A stretch of DNA of 63,957 nt, the filler included, from Octopus bimaculoides (Eukaryota): assembly GCF_001194135.2 (NCBI RefSeq). It is 9 parts of 9 records of this genome, joined end to end, with 100 filler letters (N's around TTAATTAATTAA, not from the genome) between each part and the next. Parts side by side here need not be neighbours in the genome. Positions count along the whole stretch, not along the records: positions 22,830 to 47,061 come from NC_068994.1; 8 more parts are not named here. The stretch is one strand, 5' to 3'. Shown here piece by piece: positions 23,930 through 38,409 of the stretch. The translations under genes were made by a program, and so were the position numbers. Within the stretch, counting starts at the first letter, position 1. Each line of letters opens with the position of its first letter. The notes below the pieces were generated by a model. The model was not told the origin of the DNA, searched no databases, and was given only the letters and a program-made list of their open reading frames with translations.

Positions 23930-24943
23930 GATACCAATATACACACCCGTTTATATAAGCAATTTTGCATGCAGTTGAAGCGTCCAAAAATATAAGAAGA
24001 ATAGTTTACATGTATACACACAAAGGCGCATGCGTATGTGTATGTGTATTTTTATATTTCTGTCTCATTTCCTCCACCTCCTCCTCCACATCTTTCTCTC
24101 CATCCCATCCCCTCCCTGAATCTTTGCATTCCTTGTGCCAAATTCTGTGACCAATTAGAACAGTTTCATTTGTAAAAGTACTTCTAACTGTACACAGACA
24201 GACGTGCACATATAAAATACAAACACACACAAAAAAACAAAAACAAACCCAACAATAACTGAAATCGTACACACGTAGGTTTCCATAGTAACGTTCATCA
24301 TAAAATTAACGACTCGGAGAACTATGTAATAACAACATGTACTTCCGGGTGCGTTGCCCAAAAAACCAATTTCCTGTAGCAGCCATGATACACCGGGTTT
24401 TAAGGTGCAACAAACAAACAGTTAAGAAATAAAACATAGGCATAGAAGGTATCAGCATAACTGAGGAATAGACGAGAATATTACATCATGTTAGATTATG
24501 TCATGTTATGTATGTATGTTTGTCTGTGTGTGTGTGACTGTATGTATACGTGTGTGTGAATGTATGCATGTATGTATATGTATGTATGTGTGTGTGTATG
24601 TATGTATGTATGTGTGCATGCATGCATGTATGTATGTATGCATGCATGCATGCATGTATGTATGTATGTATGTATGTATGTATGTATGCATGCATATATG
24701 TATGTATGTATGTGTGTGTGAGTGTGTATCTATGTATCTACCTGCATATGTATGTATGCATGTATGTATTTATCTATCTATGTATCTACCTGCATATGTA
24801 TGTATGTATGTATACATGCATGTACGCAAAACGTACTCAGAACGTACTCAAAACGTACTCAGAACGTAGCGACAGACGACGTACAACTGTTTCGCCTGGC
24901 AGACTAAAGATTCTGACAGCACGCCGCCTTACTCGTTTATTCG

Positions 24944-25332
24944 TTTTCTTGTTTCTGTCATTTGACTGCGGCCATGTTGGAGTACCACCTTTTAGTCGAG
25001 CAAATCGACCCCAGGGCTTATTCTTTGGAAGCCTAGTACTGATTCTATCAGTCTCTTTTGCCGACCGCTAAGTTACGGGCACGTAAACACACCAAGCGAT
25101 GTTGGGGGGACAAACACAGACACACAAACATATACACACACATACATACACATATACATACATATATACGACGGGCTTCTTTCAGTTTCCGTCTACCAAA
25201 TCCACTCACAAGACTTTGGTCAGCCCGAGTCTATAGTAGAAGGCACATGCCCAAGGTGTCACGCAATGGGACTGAACCCAGAATAATGTGGCTGGTAAGC
25301 AAGCTACTTACCACACAGCCACTCCTGCGCCT
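24944..25332 (-). mobile_element. Full-length tRNA-headed SINE (family A) with internal (TA/CA)n
   Basis: Head GGCGCAGGAGTGGCTGTGTGGTAAGTAGCTTG, GGATTTGGTAGACGGAAACTGAAAGAAGCCCGTCG block, and 3' ...GGTACTCCAACATGGCCGCAGTCAAATGAC tail. Confidence 0.9.
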
Positions 25333-25359
25333 TATAAATAGTAATAGAAAGATACTCTT

Positions 25360-25778
25360 TTCTACTCTAGGCACAAAGTCAAAAATTTTTGGGGAGGTGG
25401 GGCCAGTCGATTAGATCCACTCCAGTACTCAACTGGTACTTGATGTTTCGACACCGAATGGATGAACGGCAAAGTCGGCGAAATTTGAACTCAGAAAATA
25501 CCGCTAAGCATTTCGCCCGGCTTGCTCACGTTTCTCATTTCGTTATTGCCCACACTGGGCTAAACACAGAGGGGACAGACAAGGACAGACAAGGACAGAC
25601 AAGGGGATTAAGTCGATTACATCGACCCCCAGTGCGCTAGTGGTACTTAATTTATTGACCCCGAAAGGATGAAAGGCAAAGTCGACCTCGGCGGAATTTG
25701 AACTCAGAATGTAAAGACAGACGAAATACCGCTAAGCATTTCGCCCGGCTTGCTCACGTTTCTGCCAGTTCGCCGCCT
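25360..25778 (-). mobile_element. Two adjacent family B SINEs
   Basis: Two copies in tandem sharing the variant gcttgctcacgtttct. Confidence 0.85.
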
Positions 25779-26235
25779 TATCATAAAGAAATAATGTTAT
25801 ATAATTAAGAATCATTTTGATTATATTTCGATTAGTGGAAATGTCAATATCTTTACAATCTTTTCTCTCACCGTTGCCATCACGATCGTCTGCAATTCAG
25901 CCTTTCTCACTCTTCTTCTCCCCGTCTTCTCTCCTTCACCCTCCACCCCGCTGTCTTTCTTTTGTCCTTTCATTTCAATGTTAAAAATAACACAACGGTT
26001 TACTGAGTTATTTATATCGTATTAGCTATTAGCAAGTTGTTTTAATGACTGCAAAAAAAACACAACACATACACAAACACATTCACACGGACACACCGAC
26101 ACATACACAAACATACACGCACACTCACACGCACACACATGCGCCATTCACTGGCGCATCGCTCCAGGTTATTGTGCTTGTATGTGAGCAAGCATTTACG
26201 TATGTATGTATGTATGCTTATATATNNNNNNNNNN

Positions 26236-26293
<58 letters not shown>

Positions 26294-26386
26294 ATATCTA
26301 TCTTTCTATATATATATACATATATTGATAGAAAAGGTAAGACAACATGTCACATATTATTTACACACAGACACACACACACACAG

Positions 26387-26421
<35 letters not shown>

Positions 26422-26553
26422 GAATACATATATTAGAAAATTTAAGGTAAATTTAAAGTAGAAATGAGAGCGCATGCGCGTATCTACGTGCGTGACTGTG
26501 TATGCACAAACATGCAATGCATACACAGAGCCATGTATCATGACATATCGAAT

Positions 26554-26613
<60 letters not shown>

Positions 26614-27179
26614 TGTGTATGTGTGTGTGTGTGATACACATATCTACTCGCACACTAGCACCTAGACGTAGGCAAGACACACACATCGCGCATATAAGTC
26701 GCACACGGACCTACACAGGCACGCACATACACACAGACACACACACACGTACACACACAAACACACACCACACGTACACACATACTCGGTAACACACACG
26801 TACACCTACACACACACACACACACATATATATACATAAATTAAACAAGTAAAACCTAGGCCGTCAGTGAGACAGCGTTTGTATGCTTAACATGTCTAGA
26901 GGGCAATTGATTTGACGCAAAATGGCTGACATTGCAACACATAGTAGGTAAACATTTTGTTAATGTCTGCATTGCAGGCAAGTGTTAAGACTGGACAGTT
27001 AAGACACCAAACTAGAATAGCAAGGAAGATAAGGGGTAGAGACGAGATAGATATACGCTATGTATACATGCTGAAGCCATCAAATAATGTGTACTCGTAT
27101 TGAAGGTAAGAGAGACGGCGGGATTGCTTTATGGATATAATGTCGCATGTGTGTAGAAGTATCTATTTATGAATATCTG

Positions 27180-27238
<59 letters not shown>

Positions 27239-27547
27239 GTCTGTCTGTCTGTCTGTCTGTCTGTACTCCTTTACTCTTNNNNNNNNNNCTATCTATCTAT
27301 CTGTCTGTCTGTCTGTCTGTCTGTCTGTACTCCTTTACTCTTTTACTTGTTTCAGTCATTTGACTGTGGCCATGCTGGAGCACCGCCTTTTAGCCGAGGA
27401 GCAAATCGACTCCAGCACTTATTCTTTGTAAGCCTAGTACTTATTCCATCGGTCTCTTTTGTCGAACCGTTAAGTTACGGGTACGTAAACACACCAGCAT
27501 CCGTTGTCAAGCGATGTTGGAGAGGACAAACACAGACACACAAACAC

Positions 27548-27596
<49 letters not shown>

Positions 27597-27918
27597 CACA
27601 TANNNNNNNNNNNNNNNNNNNNNNNNNNNNNNNNNNNNNNNNNNNNNNNNNNNNNNNNNNNNNNNNNNNNNNNNNNNNNNNNNNNNNNNNNNNNNNNNNN
27701 NNNNNNNNNNNNNNNNNNNNNNNNNNNNNNNNNNNNNNNNNNNNNNNNNNNNNNNNNNNNNNNNNNNNNNNNNNNNNNNNNNNNNNNNNNNNNNNNNNNN
27801 NNNNNNNNNNNNNNNNNNNNNNNNNNNNNNNNNNNNNNNNNNNNNNNNNNNNNNNNNNNNNNNNNNNNNNNNNNNNNNNNNNNNNNNNNNNNNNNNNNNN
27901 NNNNNNNNNNNNNNNNNN

Positions 27919-28001
<83 letters not shown>

Positions 28002-28836
28002 ATTGCGTGTGTATGTATATGCATACACACACACATTACTGCAGTGTATGGCGTTTTAATAGCACATCAAATTTAAGTTCGTTGTACAAATTAATATTCG
28101 TTACAAACGCTGCTTCCATCGCTCAGAGCTAATTTATTCAAGGCCCGCCTGCTATCTGCGAAGCTATTCACTGATTAGTCCGTATCAAACTATATCGATT
28201 TGACGAAATTTGGTCTTGCGTTCAATTATGTGTATCTACTGCTGATGATGTAAACCGGCAGTGAAATCACGTGATACAACAGTCCCCCAAAGGACCGGCA
28301 GTGACGAAATTCATCTGTCGATATAATTTGTGCTTCTTTAGCACTGTATGTCTAAGGGCGATTATCTTTCAAGACGGTTACTGCAGTTTCTTATCAACTC
28401 CGAGTTGTGTTGGTTGTACAGATAGGAATTCGTTGCAACGGCTGTTTTCGCCGCTAATAACTAATATATGTGTGCGTATGTGTGTGTGTGTGTGTGTGTG
28501 TGTTGTGTATTTATANNNNNNNNNNNNNNNNNNNNNNNNNNNNNNNNNNNNNNNNNNNNNNNNNNNNNNNNNNNNNNNNNNNNNNNNNNNNNNNNNNNNN
28601 NNNNNNNNNNNNNNNNNNNNNNNNNNNNNNNNNNNNNNNNNNNNNNNNNNNNNNNNNNNNNNNNNNNNNNNNNNNNNNNNNNNNNNNATATATATATATA
28701 TATATATATATATGTACGTATGAATATGAATGTATGTATATGTATATGTGTATATATGCATACACACACTCACACATAGGGTGATAAAGAGGAAAATAAT
28801 TGGTGTCAAAGAAGAAAGGAAAAACAGAAAGAGAGA

Positions 28837-28874
<38 letters not shown>

Positions 28875-29018
28875 GAGAGAGAGAGAGAGGAAGAAAGAGA
28901 GGGAGAGAGCGAGAGAAAGGGTGATTGTGGTGGCGGTGGTGTGGTGTATGAAGTGATATACAGTATATGCATCTGAAGAAATGAATAAAAGAATGAATGA
29001 CGACAGCGGCGGTGGCGA

Positions 29019-29299
29019 CGACGACTACGACGATGATGACGGTAATGATGATGATGATGATGATGATGATCATGATGATGATGAGGAGGAGGAGGAGGAG
29101 GAGGAAGAGGAGGATGATGGAAGTAGTTGTCTGGATCGAGTGGTTTTGTTTTTGGTAGCGGTGGCGCTTGGCTGTTGCTCTTGTTGTTGTTAGTGGTGGT
29201 GGTCATGGTGATTTTAGGGATGACGGTATTGATGATGATGATGATGATGATGATGATGACGTCGACGATAATAATAATAATAATAATAATAATGGTAAC

Positions 29300-29346
<47 letters not shown>

Positions 29347-29365
29347 TAATAATAATAATAATAAC

Positions 29366-29441
<76 letters not shown>
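29019..29441 (+). repeat. Compound trinucleotide tract (GAC/GAT)n-(GAG)n-(GAT)n-(AAT)n
   Basis: Direct reading; source of the poly-I/D/N ORFs. Confidence 0.95.
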
Positions 29442-29442
<1 letters not shown>

Positions 29443-30113
29443 TCCTTTCTACTGAAAGCACATGGCCTTAAAATTTTGGGGGTTAGGGGACTAGTCGATG
29501 ACGTCAGTACCAGTGTTTCACTGGTACTTTATTTATTGACCCCGAAGAATGAGTGGCAAAATCGACCTCGGTTGGATTTAATAATAATAATAATAATTAT
29601 AATAATAATAATGGTTTCTTTATTAACCACAAAGGGTTTACTTTAAGAAAAAAACCATTATGGATAGTACAGGACAAAGCAAAAAAATGTGTGTGTATGT
29701 GTGTGAGTGTGTGTTGTTGTTGTGAGGGTTTTGCGTGTAAACAAAGATTAACATAATGAAAAAAAATAGTAAGGATAATGATAAAAAAACGAAAGGTAAA
29801 CAAAAAGAAGCAGGCCCTGATGAGAAATAAGGAATTCTGTGTAGGACAGATTAAAAAAAGGGGATATAGGAATTAACTACGCACTATCGCAATTCCACTC
29901 TACTCTCTCTCTCTCTCTCTCTCACTTACTCACTGTCGGTCTGTCTGTCTGTCTATATATATACATACATATGTATATATTTATGTATATGTGATTGTAT
30001 ATCATATTTGTACATATACATACATATATCTCATATATATATACATATACATATATATACATATATATATACATATATATATGTATGTATATATATATAT
30101 ATATATATGTATT

Positions 30114-30147
<34 letters not shown>

Positions 30148-30225
30148 AATACATATANNNNNNNNNNNNNNNNNNNNNNNNNNNNNNNNNNNNNNNNNNN
30201 NNNNNNNNNNNNNNNNNNNNNNNNN

Positions 30226-30299
<74 letters not shown>

Positions 30300-30974
30300 T
30301 ACGTAGATGTGTTGTTGGGTGATTATTCTGTACATACACACATACAGTTATAGACATATAGATCCACACACACACACACGCACACAATACACTTGCAACC
30401 TGCACACACATACACACGTTTGTATAAATAAAATGTAGACACCAAAACAGAAACGAAAAACAAAAGAAAAAAGACATACAAAGGATGTAAAAAAAATGAA
30501 GAATGAAGAAAGAATTTAGATTAAAGGCAACCTGAGAATATGGAATAGGAAATTAGAATTATTATACGGAAATGAGGCGTAAAATGGGATAAGTGTAGCG
30601 AAGATCAACAAAAGAAAGGCGCGGAATAGTCCGAAGCTAAGCTAAGTTAATCTAAAGTAAACGCTATGAAAAGAACTGATGTGTTTTAAAAGATAGAATG
30701 AACGAACTCCCATTTTAAGTAACTCAGCGTAATGTTGACGTTTAAGATTTCTATGGAATTCCAGTGAACTTATGGTAATTTGACTAACTGCTGTCAAGAA
30801 AAAGAGAATGGGTAACGGAATTATAGCGCAATAAGGGTAACAGAGTAAACGTGGGCGTGAAAACAGAAGAGAATCGTGTAAAGTGGAAATAGAAAAATGG
30901 CAGAGTTGGTGGGCAAAAATAGTGATATAGTCAGTATTAGGTTTTTATAAAAATTTTTTTTTTGGGGGGATTTA

Positions 30975-31300
30975 TTGAGAAAATCGGTGTCCTAGAGATT
31001 GGGCTGAATAAGTTGGAAAGGTTGGGTAACAAACACTGCAGAACTAGAAAAGTTGAAAGACCAACGGCCTCTTGTGTGGAGAATCAAGTCCACAAAACTA
31101 CCATATTTTGGACATGCGATGTATCACGTGTCATTGCCCAAGACCGTTTGGATAAGAAGTGTGGCGGGAAGAGAGCAAATGGCAGTCATCGACGTTTCTG
31201 TGGACTGACGAATGGACTGGAAACAAAATCCAGACTGACTGTATGAATGCAACAAAACAGAGGAAACCGGAGAGTTTTGGACACATGTAGAGCACTTGGT
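30975..31300 (+). mobile_element. Degenerate RTE-clade LINE 3' coding end
   Basis: WVTNTAELEKLKDQRPLVWRIKSTKLPYFGHAMYHVSLPKTV resembles the RTE VTNEEVL...IK-RKL-YFGH-MR...L-K motif. Confidence 0.6.
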
Positions 31301-31756
31301 CGATGACAAGAACGCAGATCGAACACTATCTTGGCAGGACAACGGGTAAATATATTCCTCTTGCTCTCTTAATACTTTTATAAAGGGCTATTTTACTCGA
31401 AACATAGGGACTTGGTAATTATGACAAAGGTAATATTTCAATTTATTATTTATTATTATTATAATTATTATTNNNNNNNNNNNNNNNNNNNNNNNNNNNN
31501 NNNNNNNNNNNNNNNNNNNNNNNNNNNNNNNNNNNNNNNNNNNNNNNNNNNNNNNNNNNNNNNNNNNNNNNNNNNNNNNNNNNNNNNNNNNNNNNNNNNN
31601 NNNNNNNNNNNNNNNNNNNNNNNNNNNNNNNNNNNNNNNNNNNNNNNNNNNNNNNNNNNNNNNNNNNNNNNNNNNNNNNNNNNNNNNNNNNNNNNNNNNN
31701 NNNNNNNNNNNNNNNNATATATATATATATGTATATATCTGTGTGTGCATGTTTGT

Positions 31757-31791
<35 letters not shown>

Positions 31792-32629
31792 CACAGAGGA
31801 CGAACCCATCTAATTAAATATCTGGGAATGTGTAAAGGGATCTGAGACGGTTTCAAGATGGCTTCTAGATATTAGACTCCTATTGATCAACTCTGGAAAC
31901 ATGGTGGCCATGCTGCGGAAGCGACACCAGTTCTTTTGTTTATTCTTTTGCCCAGGTGTTCGGACAGGATATTGGAAGCTTTTGTCGTCTCTCAAGCTGC
32001 GATATGTGTTACAGCGACATCAGTTCATTGTTTCAGGATTCGCAGGATGGTAGTTCGGGCGTCGTTCATTGGTGCATTTTACTTATTAAAACAGTTTTAT
32101 TAAACAGTTTAGAATAGATGCATATCCAGTATCCGGATATGCATCTATATATAAATGCAGATGTAGGTATGTACATATATGTGTGTATACATGCATATGC
32201 TTATATATCCTTTGTATTATTAGATTTGATGACGCTAGGTTAAAATTAAGGCTGGATGACCAGTATGGGTGGAGGCTATCTGTAGTCACAGGCGGCATGC
32301 GATATTGGAAGTAATGTTGTCTAAGCATGAGTAACTGAACTTTACATTGTAGGGATCGAAGAGTTTATATAATTGATATGATTTCTTGGAAAACGTTTTT
32401 TAATGAGCCTCAGGAAGCTTCGGCAACATCAACACAATATGACCTGAGTTGACCAATAGAGACCAAACATATATAACCACCTTGAATTTGTCTCAAATCA
32501 TTTTTACTCTTCCCTAGATATCCGATGAGATGATTTCATCTTACGAACCTACGAAACCTTAAATGTATGTATGTATGCATGTACGTATGTATGTACGAAT
32601 GTTTGTATGAATGTCTCTTCTCTTTTTTA

Positions 32630-32957
32630 GTTATTATAAATCTTCCACTGAGGAGGGAGCCGGTTTCCAACAAAGATACAAGGCTCCATCTTTGGGATGT
32701 AGTTAACACAAATTCACAATTGGGAGTTGAGAAAAGTCTTGCATATTTTTATTGTTCCACTCACAGATTGAACTTGTAATATACGAATCAGCCGGTCAAT
32801 TTCTCTTTCTGAAAATCCCAGTTTATCTAGATTCTCATTTAAGCATTTACTAACAATTATTGGTATGAATATGAATTCATTGTCTGGGTGTAGACGCTGG
32901 AGGTCTCGAAGCAGTTGTCCATAGATATTCTCTTTTCCTTCGATTTTCAAAGAGATA
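32630..32957 (-). repeat. Exact 328-bp duplicate of 33002-33329 across a 44-N gap
   Basis: The two copies read identically on either side of the gap; probably an unmerged contig overlap. Confidence 0.85.
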
Positions 32958-33001
32958 NNNNNNNNNNNNNNNNNNNNNNNNNNNNNNNNNNNNNNNNNNN
33001 N

Positions 33002-33385
33002 GTTATTATAAATCTTCCACTGAGGAGGGAGCCGGTTTCCAACAAAGATACAAGGCTCCATCTTTGGGATGTAGTTAACACAAATTCACAATTGGGAGTT
33101 GAGAAAAGTCTTGCATATTTTTATTGTTCCACTCACAGATTGAACTTGTAATATACGAATCAGCCGGTCAATTTCTCTTTCTGAAAATCCCAGTTTATCT
33201 AGATTCTCATTTAAGCATTTACTAACAATTATTGGTATGAATATGAATTCATTGTCTGGGTGTAGACGCTGGAGGTCTCGAAGCAGTTGTCCATAGATAT
33301 TCTCTTTTCCTTCGATTTTCAAAGAGATATTTACAGCTGCAGGGCCGCTAACCTCTATGATGGTACATACTTTTGCCCCTCTGCC
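33002..33385 (-). mobile_element. 3' end of an RLE-type non-LTR retrotransposon (NeSL/HERO-like)
   Basis: ORF 33086-33400: KVCTIIEVSGPAAVNISLKIEGKENIYGQLLRDLQRLHPDNEFIFIPIIV...KICKTFL, a restriction-like endonuclease C-terminus (IIE-S-P...K..KY-like), followed by a short 3' UTR. Confidence 0.75.
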
Positions 33386-33479
33386 CAACCGTTTACTCAT
33401 TCGTCACTCGTCTCCCTCTTCTCTCGTCTCCCTCTTCTCTCGTCTCCCTCTTCTCTCGTCTCTCGTTCTCACTCTACAA

Positions 33480-34499
33480 AACACAACACACATATACACA
33501 CACACAATTTTAGAAACATATACATACGCACATACATACATACACATATACACACACACACAGACATACATACACATACATTCATACACACATACATACA
33601 TACACACACACATGCATATATACACGCATCCACACATACATACATAAATATACATACATAAATATACATGCATACACACATACATGCATACATACATACA
33701 TACATACATTCATACATACATATAAACATACATACACACACATGCATACATACACAGATAAACACATACATTGATAAATATACATACATACACACACATA
33801 CATACCAACATACATACATAGACACACAGATACATAGAAAAATATACATACATACATACCAACATACATNNNNNNNNNNNNNNNNNNNNNNNNNNNNNNN
33901 NNNNNNNNNNNNNNNNNNNNNNNNNNNNNNNNNNNNNNNNNNNNNNNNNNNNNNNNNNNNNNNNNNNNNNNNNNNNNNNNNNNNNNNNNNNNNNNNNNNN
34001 NNNNNNNNNNNNNNNNNNNNNNNNNNNNNNNNNNNNNNNNNNNNNNNNNNNNNNNNNNNNNNNNNNNNNNNNNNNNNNNNNNNNNNNNNNNNNNNNNNNN
34101 NNNNNNNNNNNNNNNNNNNNNNNNNNNNNNNNNNNNNNNNNNNNNNNNNNNNNNNNNNNNNNNNNNNNNNNNNNNNNNNNNNNNNNNNNNNNNNNNNNNN
34201 NNNNNNNNNNNNNNNNNNNNNNNNNNNNNNNNNNNNNNNNNNNNNATACATACATACATAGACACACATACATACATACATACACACACATACATACACA
34301 CATACATACCTACATACATACATACATACATACACACACACACATACATACATACATACATACATACACACACACACATACATACATACATGTACACACA
34401 TACATACACACATACATACTTAACATACACACACATATATATAAATACACATACATACACACACACTTACATAGATGCATAATACATACACACACACAC

Positions 34500-34538
<39 letters not shown>

Positions 34539-34560
34539 TACATACATACATGCGTACATA
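33480..34560 (+). repeat. Degenerate (CATA/CA)n tract with gap
   Basis: Direct reading. Confidence 0.95.
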
Positions 34561-34869
34561 ATATTCTAGAAGACTAATCGATTTGGTATCTGAGTGGGAT
34601 AAATTGATTTCGAAGCTCATTTCGGTGCACGCCCCACAAAGACCGGACGTTGCTTGTGCTCAGTTAATTTTGATTTGTGGAAAGACTGTTGCTGTGTAGC
34701 TGAGGTCAAGGAGACCTGCAAGTGCGCAGCGGTGACCTATGCAGTCTGCAGTTAGCAGGTGCACAAGTTTGATTAGTGCAGTATACTTGCATCAAAACGA
34801 CAATCAACATCTTAATCATCATCACTATCGTCGCTGTCGTCGTCATTGTCTTAATCATATGATTAGTAA

Positions 34870-34917
34870 TATAATAGCGATAATAAAATAATAATAACAA
34901 TAATAATAATAATAATA

Positions 34918-34954
<37 letters not shown>

Positions 34955-35091
34955 TAATAATAATAATAACAATAATAATAATAATGATAATATCAATAAT
35001 AACAATGATGATAATAATAATGATGATAATAATAATAGTAATGATAATAATAATAATAATGATAATAATAATGATGATTATAATAATGATA

Positions 35092-35164
<73 letters not shown>

Positions 35165-35169
35165 TAATA

Positions 35170-35218
<49 letters not shown>

Positions 35219-35222
35219 TGAT
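34870..35222 (+). repeat. (AAT/GAT)n tract
   Basis: Direct reading. Confidence 0.95.
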
Positions 35223-36204
35223 NNNNNNNNNNNNNNNNNNNNNNNNNNNNNNNNNNNNNNNNNNNNNNNNNNNNNNNNNNNNNNNNNNNNNNNNNNNNNN
35301 NNNNNNNNNNNNNNNNNNNNNNNNNNNNNNNNNNNNNNNNNNNNNNNNNNNNNNNNNNNNNNNNNNNNNNNNNNNNNNNNNNNNNNNNNNNNNNNNNNNN
35401 NNNNNNNNNNNNNNNNNNNNNNNNNNNNNNNNNNNNNNNNNNNNNNNNNNNNNNNNNNNNNNNNNNNNNNNNNNNNNNNNNNNNNNNNNNNNNNNNNNNN
35501 NNNNNNNNNNNNNNNNNNNNNNNNNNNNNNNNNNNNNNNNNNNNNNNNNNNNNNNNNNNNNNNNNNNNNNNNNNNNNNNNNNNNNNNNNNNNNNNNNNNN
35601 NNNNNNNNNNNNNNNNNNNNNNNNNNNNNNNNNNNNNNNNNNNNNNNNNNNNNNNNNNNNNNNNNNNNNNNNNNNNNNNNNNNNNNNNNNNNNNNNNNNN
35701 NNNNNNNNNNNNNNNNNNNNNNNNNNNNNNNNNNNNNNNNNNNNNNNNNNNNNNNNNNNNNNNNNNNNNNNNNNNNNNNNNNNNNNNNNNNNNNNNNNNN
35801 NNNNNNNNNNNNNNNNNNNNNNNNNNNNNNNNNNNNNNNNNNNNNNNNNNNNNNNNNNNNNNNNNNNNNNNNNNNNNNNNNNNNNNNNNNNNNNNNNNNN
35901 NNNNNNNNNNNNNNNNNNNNNNNNNNNNNNNNNNNNNNNNNNNNNNNNNNNNNNNNNNNNNNNNNNNNNNNNNNNNNNNNNNNNNNNNNNNNNNNNNNNN
36001 NNNNNNNNNNNNNNNNNNNNNNNNNNNNNNNNNNNNNNNNTACCATAGATTTGCTTGTCAGTTGTTTGACCTTAACCAGTTGAGCATGTCCCTTGGTGGT
36101 TGACGATATGTGCATCTCTGATCATGAGCAGAAGTAGTGGGGGAGCATCATAGCCATGTGTTGAGAGGAATTCTTTGGGGTTTGAATAATTCACCTCTGG
36201 AAAC

Positions 36205-36248
36205 ATGATTTGGTAGACGGAAACTGAAAGAAGCCCGTCGAATATATG

Positions 36249-36285
<37 letters not shown>

Positions 36286-36510
36286 ATGTGTGTGTATATG
36301 TTTGTGTGTCTGTGTTTGTTCCCCCAACATTGCTTGGCAATCGATGTCGGTGTGTTTACGTCCCCGTAACTTAGCGTTTCGGCAATAAGAGACCGATAGA
36401 ATAAGTAGTAGGCTTAGAAAGAATAATTCATGGGGTCGATTTGCTCGACTAAAGGCGGTGATCCAGCATGGCCGCAGTCCAATGACTGAAACAAGTAAAA
36501 GTAAAAAAAC
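36205..36510 (+). mobile_element. Family A SINE lacking its head
   Basis: Starts at gatttggtagacggaaactgaaagaagcccgtcg and runs to the 3' tail. Confidence 0.85.
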
Positions 36511-37253
36511 AAAAAAAAGAGCAATGGTTTCAAATTTTAGCACAAGGCCAGTANNNNNNNNNNNNNNNNNNNNNNNNNNNNNNNNNNNNNNNNNNNNNNN
36601 NNNNNNNNNNNNNNNNNNNNNNNNNNNNNNNNNNNNNNNNNNNNNNNNNNNNNNNNNNNNNNNNNNNNNNNNNNNNNNNNNNNNNNNNNNNNNNNNNNNN
36701 NNNNNNNNNNNNNNNNNNNNNNNNNNNNNNNNNNNNNNNNNNNNNNNNNNNNNNNNNNNNNNNNNNNNNNNNNNNNNNNNNNNNNNNNNNNNNNNNNNNN
36801 NNNNNNNNNNNNNNNNNNNNNNNNNNNNNNNNNNNNNNNNNNNNNNNNNNNNNNNNNNNNNNNNNNNNNNNNNNNNNNNNNNNNNNNNNNNNNNNNNNNN
36901 NNNNNNNNNNNNNNNNNNNNNNNNNNNNNNNNNNNNNNNNNNNNNNNNNNNNNNNNNNNNNNNNNNNNNNNNNNNNNNNNNNNNNNNNNNNNNNNNNNNN
37001 NNNNNNNNNNNNNNNNNNNNNNNNNNNNNNNNNNNNNNNNNNNNNNNNNNNNNNNNNNNNNNNNNNNNNNNNNNNNNNNNNNNNNNNNNNNNNNNNNNNN
37101 NNNNNNNNNNNNNNNNNNNNNNNNNNNNNNNNNNNNNNNNNNNNNNNNNNNNNNNNNNNNNNNNNNNNNNNNNNNNNNNNNNNNNNNNNNNNNNNNNNNN
37201 NNNNNNNNNNNNNNNNNNNNNNNNNNNNNNNNNNNNNNNNNNNNNNNNNNNNN

Positions 37254-37301
<48 letters not shown>

Positions 37302-37719
37302 CTATGTATGGGTGTTAGTGTGTGCGTGTATGTCTCTATATTATATATCTATATATCTATGCATGTATGGGTGTTAGTGTGTTTGGCTTCACGTTTTACT
37401 ACTATCGCATCTATTTAATCCTGTGATTTTGAACCATGTTTTGCATATGAACCCTTTTTGATCCCTATTTTACGCTACTGGGCACCCCATAACCATTTGA
37501 TGTTTAAAAAAAGCCCATTACATGTTTTTCTGCGTAAATATTATTGGTTTAAAATTTTGACTCAAGGACACCAATTTCGGGTACATATTTTGATACTTAA
37601 TTTATTGACCCCGAAAGGTATTGTTGACCTCAATGATATTTGAACTTAGTACCCAGAGAAGGACGAAATGCTGCTGAGTATTTTTTCCAGCGTGTTAAGG
37701 ATTCTACCAGCCTTCGCTA

Positions 37720-38409
37720 TTTCAAATTCACGCCAGATTAAGAAGTTTATGAAGCTTAAAGGTCAGAGAATGAAGACTGAAGTCCGTCACCCACCTGTGA
37801 AAGCAGTAATTAATGCAAGTAGCCGACATCTAGAAAGCTCTGAAGATGCAGTACTAAACAAAGGTCTCAACTTTGCAACAACCATCAAGCGCATTCCATG
37901 CTTGGACATAATAACCCCTATTGAAGAGATAGCCGTAAAGATACCAAAAGCTCAGGGAGATGAGATAAGGTGGAAAGTGAGACAGGTACTGGAAAATGCG
38001 AAACTTCTCAAACTACACATCACTAAGGAAGAAAAGTTCGCTATCAAAAGACTACAGAGTGACAATTCCATCATAATACTTCCGGCGGACAAGGGAAATT
38101 CTACAGTGGTGATGAACAAGTCTGACTAATCGGAAAAATTGGCAAGTCTTATGAATGATTGTAGCTACAGCAAAGTAAAGAAAGACCCAACTCTGAAAAC
38201 AGAGAGGAAGTTGTCACAGATCTTGTTCAAGAACAAAGATCACTTCACACCAATGAAGTACAGACAGCTGACTCAACACTACAGTAAACTACCACACATG
38301 TACGGTCTTTCTAAGATTTATAAGGATGGTATTCCATTAAGACCTATAGTGAGGTGTAGAGGTTCAGCATGTCATCCACTGAGCCGCTTCCTTGTGGATA
38401 TAATCAGTC
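37720..38409 (+). mobile_element. Penelope-like retroelement fragment (N-terminal domain plus start of RT)
   Basis: ORFs 37668-38129 and 38139-38474 are in one frame split by a single TAA. Motifs VLNKGLNFA, IIILPADKGNSTVVMNK, PHMYGLSKIYKDGIPLRPIV are typical PLE/Poseidon RT motifs. Flanked by SINEs. Confidence 0.92.
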
